Assembly: GCF_963921235.1 (NCBI RefSeq) | Contig: NC_086107.1 | Coordinates: 34,038,001-34,102,000 of the forward strand | From: Mobula hypostoma | Taxonomy: Eukaryota | Length of the DNA stretch: 64,000 nt | Direction: 5' to 3' | In this document: positions 53,191-64,000 of the stretch, piece by piece | Numbering within the stretch: the first letter of the stretch is position 1 | How the letters are laid out: every line of letters starts with the position of its first letter | Made by a program: the position numbers and the translations under genes | Notes under the pieces: generated by a model | Seen by the model: the letters and a program-made list of their open reading frames with translations, nothing else | What the model was told of the DNA's origin: nothing | The model's database searches: none

Positions 53191-55710
53191 ACACTATGAA
53201 AACTACCTCTGTATTTTTCCTTTCTTTTTCACTGCTTGTTTAATTTTATTATTGTTATTTATTGTAATTTATAGTTTTTATTGTTATTATTATGTAGTGC
53301 ACTGTACAGCTGCCACAAAACAGCAAATTTCACGACATGTGCCAGTGATATCAAACCTGATTCAAAGTGATTCCAAGAGTAATAGCATGGGAGTGTCAGG
53401 GGGAGACCCTCCACGTGAGGTATTCTCTTGCTTTAGGCAATTAATGGCCGCTTATTTTGGATCCGCAGCGATGTTTATTATATCTTCAGTCAGTCAAATA
53501 GTGTCTCCATCAAGACTCTGCAATGGGCTCCATGCCTGAAGCAAAAGAACGTTAAAAATTGTTGTCTATAAATGCAATGTCCAGGGACACAATTTAAGGA
53601 GATTTTTGAAAGTTGCCTGCTTTTGTGACACCAGTGGGGAGTTGAACCAGTAATACAGGGTCAGTTGCTTCACTCAAAGTGGGACACTTCTGGTCGCACT
53701 CACTAAATTCCCTTCACTCTCATGCAGGGTTACCTAGACTACTTTCCTCAGTTACCTCCCAGACTAAGTCACTCTAATCTTCCTGTATGTTAGACAAGGC
53801 AAGCTTCTGAGGAGAACGTTTCTAAATTTTGTTTCAATTCGCTCACATGCACATGGTTCAGGATGTTTTTTAGGATATTGATGATTCTAAGGAGGGGCGA
53901 AGGACAGCAAGGTTAGAGCTTAAGATCGTATGTAAACAACACATTTCTCTTCTGAGGAGCTAAAAGGAATTCAAAATTTCTTTAGGAAGAAATCAAGAGA
54001 CACTTTGTCCAAAGAGGTCAGGAAGAACTTGGCCCAGCAAAGGCTGAGACAAGTAGATGCCATCTCAGTTAATAACACTGAAATCAATCAATAATTTACC
54101 ACTAAAAAATATATAAAACGATTTAAAGCTCCAGTTGAAAGAATGGTGGTAAGATATAGATCGGATTTCTCTTTCAATGATAGAAAATGAAATGTTGGCT
54201 GAAATATCTATTTCAATTATGTTTTCAGATACTAACTCAACCACATTTGGCTAGTTCTCCTCAGTCTGTGCATTTTCAGCTTCAATGTACCTAATTTATA
54301 ATTATAATTATTAATGTATCAAATGAAGAAAATCTATCATAGCAAAACTGATCATTTGAATTATGTGAGAAAATTTATTTTATTATCACAATTTCCACAG
54401 TATAGTTACAAATGTAAGCAATGTATTGAGCTTTGTTACACTCATAGTGGAAGCTCTTTGTTCCTGGCATGTTGTATTTTCAGTGTCCATATCTAAGTTC
54501 AGTGTTTCCATATATAATTTGAACATTGCAAGAAGAAACAGATACAAAAAAAAAGAAAATAACAGACTGAAACTGGTGGTTTATTATTTCAGTGGCCTGG
54601 TGCAGCAGACACTGTTATAACTTTCGTCTTTGCAGTACCTTAGCAGAAGCATTCACCGCATAAAATGACTTGGTAAAATAGCAACATCATCAACAGTAAT
54701 TTTCAGCCATCGTTAGAAAATAGTTTGCACATTCCTATAAAATGCTAGGCAAATTCCCTCAGTAAAACAAATAAAATGCTACTCTATATAATTACACTGT
54801 GTACATAATGTTGTCAGATGATATTGATGTATGTCTTTAAATCAGGAAGATTTGGGTAGAGTTGAATTATGGTCATCGAATTGTTAAAGAAAGCAAAGAG
54901 AAAGCATCTCTGGGAGAAAAAGAAAAAAAAAGGTCTGAAGAATTTACTGGTGTATTGTAGAATGATTCCTATTTTCAATCAATAAGGATTTTAATTGATG
55001 AGTGAATGAAAGTTTTTATCTCCAGCTGTACGCAGTCTTTCCAAATTTATACACTCATCTTTTATCCACCCATTCCAGAATCCCTGTTTTCAAATAATGC
55101 CTGAAAAGCACAATAAAATGAAGTGACCTCTGAATAATTAGATCCCTCTGCTAAACATGAAAATCAAGTGTTATTGACGTTGATAACCTACCAGTTGCAG
55201 TTATGAAGCACGCATAAACCTGAAGTTAATTAATTGACATTAATTAATATGTGGTTCCTGGGTGCTCCATAACTGCAAAGGAATTGCAGCAAGAACTCAA
55301 TTAACACATGAAACATGGGTTTGCACAACATCTATGGCACTGTTGTTTTTACTTACATATCCACTGCCCATCATTAACTATACTTGAGAATTTTTTTCTT
55401 TCAATTCCCCTGTTCAAACACTACACCATCTGTTTTCCACAGGCAACCATTTCACAGAATCCTTTCATCATTATTATATACCAGGTGTCTACCAACATGA
55501 TTCACAGAAACTTTCGTGCCAATCTGGAATTATTCTGGAAGTCAAACTATTCCCATAATGCCAAACAAATATATACTTGTTTACTGTGTATATTTACTCA
55601 TGAGGTAAGTTGTTTCTGGCTCAAAAACATAGCTGATGTTTAATTGACTCTGTTCACATTTTACTACATCAATGAATAGATTAAGGGAAGCTTAATGCTC
55701 TCCTTTTAAC

Positions 55711-58700
55711 ATACTTCAATGTCAGACACACATTACCTCAATGACAGACGCACACTGTTACCTCAATGACAGACGCACACTGTTACCTGAATGTCAGATG
55801 CACGTTACCTCAAAGACAGACACACTGTTACTTCAATGACAGATTCACATTGTTACCTCAACGACAGACGCACAATGTTACCTCAACAACAGACGCACAC
55901 TGTAACCTCAACGACAGACGCACAATGTTACCTCAATGACAGACACACTGTTACTTCAATGACAGATTCACATTGTTACCTCAATGTTAGACGCACAATG
56001 TTACCTCAACAACAGACGCACACTGTTACCTCAATGACAGACGCACAATGTTACCTCAATGACAGACACACAATGTTACCTCAACGACAGACGCACAATG
56101 TTACCTCAATGACAGACACACACTGTTACCACAATGACAGACACACACTGTTACCTCAATGTCAGACGCACAATGTTATTTCAATGACAGACACACAATG
56201 TTACCTCAACGACAGACGCTCAATGTTACCTCAATATGAGATGCACACTGTTACCTCAACAACAGACGCACAACGTTACCTCAATGTCAGATGCACACTG
56301 TTACCTCAATGTCAGAAACACAACGTTACCTCAATGACAGATGCACACTGTTATCTCAATGTCAGATGCACACTGTTATCTCAATGTCAGATGCATATTA
56401 CCTCAATGACAGATGCACACTGTTATCTCAATGTCAGATGCACAATGTTACCTCAATGTCAGATGCACACTGTTACCTCAATGTCAGACGCACACTGTTA
56501 CCTTATTGTCAGATGCACACTGTTATCTCAATGTCAGATGCACACTACTACCTCAATGTCAGACGTACACTGTTACCTCATTGTCAGATGCACACTACTA
56601 CCTCAATGTCAGATGCACACTGTTATCTCAATGTCAGACGCACACTGTTATCTCAATGTCAGATGCACACTGTTATCTCAATGTCAGATGCACACTGTTA
56701 CCTCAATGTCGGATGCACAATGTTACCTCAATGTCAGATGCACACTGTTACCTCAATGTCAGACGCACAATGTTACTTCAATGACAGACACACAATGTTA
56801 CCTCAACGACAGACGCACAATGTTACCTCAATGACAGACGCACACTGTTACCTCAATGACAGACACACACTGTTACCTCAATGTCAGACGCACAATGTTA
56901 CCTCAATGTCAGAAACACAACGTTACCTCAACGACAGACGCTCAATGTTACCTCAATATGAGATGCACACTGTTACCTCAACAACAGAAGCACAACGTTA
57001 CCTCAATGTCAGGTGCACACTGTTACCTCAATGTCAGACACACAAAGTTACCTCAATGTCAGACGCACACACTTACCTCAATGTCAGATGCACACTGCTA
57101 CCTCAATGTCAGAAACACAACGTTACCTCAATGACAGACGCACACTATTATATCAATGACAGATGTATATTACCTCAATGTCAGATGCACACTGTTACCT
57201 CGATGTCAGATGCACAATGTTACCTCAATGTCAGATGCACACTGTTACCTCAATGTCAGACGCACACTGTTACCTCAATGTCAGACGCACACTGTTACCT
57301 CAATGTCAGATGCACACTGTTACCTCAATGTCAGACGCAAAATGTTACCTCAATGTCAGAAACACAACGTTACCTCAACGACAGACGCTCAATGTTACCT
57401 CAATATGAGATGCACACTGTTACCTCAACAACAGACGCACAACGTTACCTCAATGTCAGGTGCACACTGTTACCTCAATGTCAGACACACAAAGTTACCT
57501 CAATGTCAGATGCACACTGTTACCTCAATGTCAGACACACAAAGTTACCTCAATGTCAGACGCACACTGTTATCTCAATGACAGATGTATATTACCTCAA
57601 TGTCAGATGCACACTGTTACCTCGATGTCAGATGCACACTGTTACCTCAATGTCAGATGCACACTGTTACCTCAATGTCAGACGCACACTGTTACCTCAA
57701 TGTCAGATGCACACTGTTACCTCAATGTCAGAAACACAATGTTACCTCAAAGACAGATGCACACTGTTATCTCAATGTCAGATGCACACTGTTATCTCAA
57801 TGTCAGCTGCATATTACCTCAATGACAGATGCACACTGTTACCTCAATGACAGATGCACACTGTTACCTCAATGTCAGAAACACAACGTTACCTCAATGA
57901 CAGATGCACACTGTTATCTCAATGTCAGATGCACACTGTTATCTCAATGTCAGATGCATATTACCTCAATGACAGATGCACACTGTTATCTCAATGTCAG
58001 ATGCACAATGTTACCTCAATGTCAGACGCACACTGTTACCTTATTGTCAGATGCACACTGTTATCTCAATGTCAGATGCACACTACTACCTCAATATCAG
58101 ACGTACACTGTTACCTCATTGTCAGATGCACACTACTACCTCAATGTCAGATGCACACTGTTATCTCAATGTCAGACGCACACTGTTATCTCAATGTCAG
58201 ATGCACACTGTTATCTCAATGTCAGATGCACACTGTTACCTCAATGTCGGATGCACAATGTTACCTCAATGTCAGATGCACACTGTTACCGCAATGACAG
58301 ACGCACAATGTTACTTCAATGACAGACACACAATGTTACCTCAACGACAGACGCACAATGTTACCTCAATGACAGACACACACTGTTACCTCAATGACAG
58401 ACACACACTGTTACCTCAATGTCAGACGCACAATGTTACCTCAATGTCAGAAACACAACGTTACCTCAACGACAGACGCTCAATGTTACCTCAATATGAG
58501 ATGCACACTGTTACCTCAACAACAGACGCACAACGTTACCTCAATGTCAGATGCACACTGTTACCTCAATGTCAGACACACAAAGTTACCTCAATGTCAG
58601 ACGCACACACTTACCTCAATGTCAGATGCACACTGCTACCTCAATGTCAGAAACACAAAGTTACCTCAATGACAGACGCACACTGTTATCTCAATGACAG

Positions 58701-61700
58701 ATGTATATTACCTCAATGTCAGATGCACACTGTTACCTCGATGTCAGATGCACAATGTTACCTCAATGTCAGATGCACACTGTTACCTCAATGTCAGACG
58801 CACACTGTTACCTCAATGTCAGATACACACTGTTACCTCAATGTCAGAAACACAATGTTACCTCAAAGACAGATGCACACTGTTATCTCAATGTCAGATG
58901 CACACTGTTATCTCAATGTCAGCTGCATATTACCTCAATGACAGATGCACACTGTTACCTCAATGACAGATGCACACTGTTACCTCAATGTCAGATGCAC
59001 ACTGTTACCTCAATGTCAGATGCACACTGCTACCTCAATGTCAGAAACACAACGTTACCTCAATGTCAGATGCACACTATTATCTCAATGTCAGATGCAT
59101 ATTACCTCAATGACAGATGCACACTGTTACCTCAATGTCAGAAACACAACGTTACCTCAATGTCAGATGCACACTGTTACCTCAATGTCAGATGCACAAT
59201 GTTAACTCAATGTCAGATGCACAATGTTACCTCAATGTCAGATGCACACTGTTACCTCATTGTCAGATGCACAATGTTACCTCATTGTCAGATGCACACT
59301 GTTATCTCAATGTCAGATGCACACGACTACCTCAATGTCAGACGCACACAGTTACCTCAATGTCAGATGCACACTGTTACCTCAATGTCAGAAACACAAC
59401 GTTACCTCAATGACAGCTGCACACTGTTATCTCAATGTCAGATGCATATTACCTCAATGACAGATGCACACTGTTATCTCAATGTCAGACACACAAAGTT
59501 ACCTCAATGTCAGACGCACACAGTTACCTCAATGTCAGATGCACACTGCTACCTCAATGTCAGAAACACAACGTTACCTCAATGTCAGATGCACACTGTT
59601 ATCTCAATGTCAGACGCACACTGTTATCTCAATGTCAGATGCACAATGTTACCTCAATGTCACATGCACACTGTTACCTCAATGTCAGACGCACACTGCT
59701 ACCTCAATGTCAGACGTACACTGTTACCTCAATGTCAGATGCACACTACTACCTCAATGTCAGATGTGCACTGTTACCTCAACGTCAGAAACACAACGTT
59801 ACCTCAATGTCAGATGCACACTGTTACCTCAATGTCAGATGCACAATGTTACCTCAATGTCAGACGCATAATGTTACCTCAATGTCAGAAACACAACGTT
59901 ACCTCAATGTCAGACACACAACGTTACCTCAATGACAGACGCACACTGTTATCTCAATGACAGATGCATATTACCTCAATGTCAGATGCACACTGTTACC
60001 TCAATGTCAGATGCACAATGTTACCTCAATGTCAGATGCACACTGTTACCTCAATGTCAGATGCACACTGTTACCTCAATGTCAGATGCACAATGTTACC
60101 TCAATGAGAGACACACAATGTTACCTCAATGTCAGAAACACAACGTTACCTCAATGACAGATGCTCAATGTTACCTCAATATGAGATGCACAATGTTACC
60201 TCAATGTCAGAAACACAACGTTACCTCAATGTCAGATGCACACTGTTATCTCAATGTCAGACACACAAAGTTACCTCAATGTCAGACGCACACAGTTACC
60301 TCAATGTCAGATGCACACTGCTACCTCAATGTCAGAAACACAACGTTACCTCAATGTCAGATACACAGTTATCTCAATGTCAGACGCACACTGTTATCTC
60401 AATGTCACATGCACAATGTTACCTCAATGTCAGATGCACACTGCTACCTCAATGTCAGAAACACAACGTTACCTCAATGTCAGATGCACACTATTATCTC
60501 AATGTCAGATGCATATTACCTCAATGACAGATGCACACTGTTACCTCAATGTCAGAAACACAACGTTACCTCAATGTCAGATGCACACTGTTACCTCAAT
60601 GTCAGATGCACAATGTTAACTCAATGTCAGATGCACAATGTTACCTCAATGTCAGATGCACACTGTTACCTCATTGTCAGATGCACAATGTTACCTCATT
60701 GTCAGATGCACACTGTTATCTCAATGTCAGATGCACACGACTACCTCAATGTCAGACGCACACAGTTACCTCAATGTCAGATGCACACTGTTACCTCAAT
60801 GTCAGAAACACAACGTTACCTCAATGACAGCTGCACACTGTTATCTCAATGTCAGATGCATATTACCTCAATGACAGATGCACACTGTTATCTCAATGTC
60901 AGACACACAAAGTTACCTCAATGTCAGACGCACACAGTTACCTCAATGTCAGATGCACACTGCTACCTCAATGTCAGAAACACAACGTTACCTCAATGTC
61001 AGATGCACACTGTTATCTCAATGTCAGACGCACACTGTTATCTCAATGTCAGATGCACAATGTTACCTCAATGTCACATGCACACTGTTACCTCAATGTC
61101 AGACGCACACTGCTACCTCAATGTCAGACGTACACTGTTACCTCATTGTCAGACGCACACTGCTACCTCAATGTCAGATGTGCACTGTTACCTCAACGTC
61201 AGAAACACAACGTTACCTCAATGTCAGATGCACACTGTTATCTCAATGTCAGATGCACAATGTTACCTCAATGTCAGACGCACAATGTTACCTCAATGTC
61301 AGAAACACAACGTTACCTCAATGTCAGACACACAACGTTACCTCAATGACAGACGCACACTGTTATCTCAATGACAGATGCATATTACCTCAATGTCAGA
61401 TGCACACTGTTACCTCAATGTCAGATGCACAATGTTACCTCAATGTCAGATGCACACTGTTACCTCAATGTCAGATGCACACTGTTACCTCAATGTCAGA
61501 TGCACAATGTTACCTCAATGAGAGACACACAATGTTACCTCAATGTCAGAAACACAACGTTACCTCAATGTCAGATGCACAATGTTACCTCAATATGAGA
61601 TGCACAATGTTACCTCAATGTCAGAAACACAACGTTACCTCAATGTCAGATGCACACTGTTACCTCAATGTCAGAAACACAAAGTTACCTCAATGTCAGA

Positions 61701-64000
61701 TGCACACTGTTACCTCAATGTCAGATGCACACTGCTACCTCAATGTCAGAAACACAACGTTACCTCAATGTCAGATGCACACAGTTATCTCAATGTCAGA
61801 TGCACACTGTTACCTCAATGTCAGATGCACAATGTTACCTCAATGTCAGATGCACACTGTTACCTCAATGTCAGATGCAGACTGTTACCTCAATGTCAGA
61901 CGCACACTGTTACCTCATTGTCAGATGCACACTGTTATCTCAATGTCAGATGCACACGACTACCTCAATGTCAGATGTACACTGTTATCTCAATGTCAGA
62001 AACACAACGTTACCTCAATGTCAGATGCACACTGTTATCTCAATGTCAGATGCACAATGTTATCTCAATGTCAGATGCACAATGTTACCTCAATGTCAGA
62101 TGCACACTGTTACCTCAATGTCAGACGCACACTGTTACCTCATTGTCAGATGCACACTGTTATCTCAATGTCAGATGCACACTACTACCTCAATGTCAGA
62201 TGCACACTGTTATCTCAATGACAGATGCATATTACCTCAATGTGGAATGCACACTGTTACCTCAATGTCAGAAACACAACGTTACCTCAATGTCAGATGC
62301 ACACTGTTATCTCAATGTCAGATGCACAATGTTACCTCAATGTCAGACGCATAATGTTAGCTCAATGTCAGAAACACAACATTACCTCAATGTCAGACAC
62401 ACAACGTTACCTCAATGACAGACGCACACTGTTATCTCAATGACAGATGCATATTACCTCAATATCAGATGCACACTGTTACCTCAATGTCGGATGCACA
62501 ATGTTACCTCAATGTCAGATGCACAATGTTACCTCAATGTCAGATGCACACTGTTACCTCAATGTCAGATGCACAATGTTACCTCAATGACAGACACACA
62601 ATGTTACCTCAACGACAGACGCACAATGTTACCTCAATAACAGACACACACTGTTACCTCAATGACAGACACACACTGTTACCTCAATGTCAGACACACA
62701 ATGTTACCTCAAAGTCAGAAACACAACGTTACCTCAACGACAGACGCTCAATGTTACCTCAATATGAGATGCACACTGTTACCTCAACAACAGACGCACA
62801 ACGTTACCTCAATGTCAGGTGCACACTGTTACCTCAATGTCAGACACACAAAGTTACCTCAATGTCAGATGCACACTGTTACCTCAATGTCAGACACATA
62901 AACTTACCTCAATGTCAGACGCACACAGTTACCTCAATGTGGGATGCACACTGCTACCTCAATGTCAGAAACACAACGTTACCTCAATGTCAGACACACA
63001 ACGTTACCTCAATGTCAGATGCACACTGTTACCTCAATGTCAGATGCACAATGTTACCTCAATGTCAGATGCACACTGTTACCTCAATGTCAGATGCAGA
63101 CTGTTACCTCAATGTCAGACGCACACTGTTACCTCATTGTCAGATGCACACTGTTATCTCAATGTCAGATGCACACGACTACCTCAATGTCAGATGTACA
63201 CTGTTATCTCAATGTCAGAAACACAACGTTACCTCAATGTCAGATGCACACTGTTATCTCAATGTCAGATGCACAATGTTATCTCAATGTCAGATGCACA
63301 ATGTTACCTCAATGTCAGATGCACACTGTTATCTCAATGTCAGATGCACATTTCCTCAATGACAGATGCACACTGTTATCTCAATGTCAGACACACAAAG
63401 TTACCTCGATGTCAGACGCACACAGTTACCTCAATGTCAGATGCACACTGCTACCTCAATGTCAGAAACACAACGTTACCTCAATGTCAGAAACACAACG
63501 TTACCTCAATGTCAGATGCACACTGTTATCTCAATGTCAGACGCACACTGTTCTCTCAATGTCAGATGCACAATGTTACCTCAATGACAGATGCACACTG
63601 TTACCTCAATGTCAGACGCACACTGTTACCTCATTGTCAGATGCACACTGTTATCTCAATGTCAGATGCACACTACTACCTCAATGTCAGACGTACACTG
63701 TTACCTCATTGTCAGACGCACACTGCTACCTCAATGTTAGATATGCACTGTTATCTCAACGTCAGAAACACAACGTTACCTCAATGTCAGATGCACACTG
63801 TTATCTCAATGTCAGATGCACAATGTTACCTCAATGTCAGATGCACAATGTTACCTCAATGTCAGATGCACACGTTACCTCAATGTCAGATGCACACTGT
63901 TACCTCAATGTCAGAAACACAACGTTACCTCAATGTCAGACACACAACGTTACCTCAATGACAGACGCACACTGTTATCTCAATGACAGATGCATATTAC
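55711..64000. repeat. 25-bp minisatellite (consensus ATGCACACTGTTACCTCAATGTCAG), about 330 units, running off the window end
   Basis: Directly visible tandem units with limited variants (ATGC/ACGC/ACAC/AAAC heads, ACACTG/ACAATG/ACAACG/ACAAAG, TTACCT/TTATCT) and a 22-bp deletion variant (ATGCATA). Confidence 0.98.

Noticed and set aside
44000-55700. TRAF6 or another neighbouring protein-coding gene
   Set aside because: No recognisable exons were found; ORFs here are LINE remnants or short random frames.
55791-63961. Dozens of long Cys/His/Thr-rich ORFs (up to 519 aa) that look like metal-binding repeat proteins
   Set aside because: The consensus 25-bp unit has no stop in any plus-strand frame and cycles through all three frames. 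Overlapping ORFs in every frame are therefore expected artefacts, and no splice or promoter context was seen.
55711-64000. CRISPR-like array
   Set aside because: Units are contiguous with only a few recurring variants. There are no unique spacers, no cas genes, and the context is eukaryotic.

Overview
Vertebrate genomic DNA, most likely a cartilaginous fish (inferred from intronless RAG coding regions and an elasmobranch-type SINE/CR1/Rex1 repeat landscape). The window holds the V(D)J recombinase locus. RAG2 (+, 19730-21289, 519 aa) and RAG1 (-, 34200-37364, 1054 aa) are intact and convergent, about 12.9 kb apart. A CpG-rich island at about 12.3-12.55 kb carries an RFX X-box, two oppositely oriented ZNF143/Staf-like sites and a minus-strand splice donor. 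This fits the bidirectional NWC/IFTAP promoter known to sit in RAG2 intron 1, but no IFTAP coding exon could be identified. Candidate non-coding first exons for RAG2 (about 8.7-8.84 kb) and RAG1 (about 43.5 kb) are proposed from E-box/RUNX clusters and splice donors. Most other non-coding DNA is transposon-derived, including a multi-layer nest at 2.7-8.2 kb. From about 55711 to the window end lies a >8.2 kb 25-bp minisatellite with higher-order duplications. Its units carry RSS-heptamer-like and E-box motifs, and it generates all the long Cys/His-rich ORFs in the track, which are spurious. No prokaryotic systems or CRISPR arrays are present. Any function for the array is a hypothesis only.
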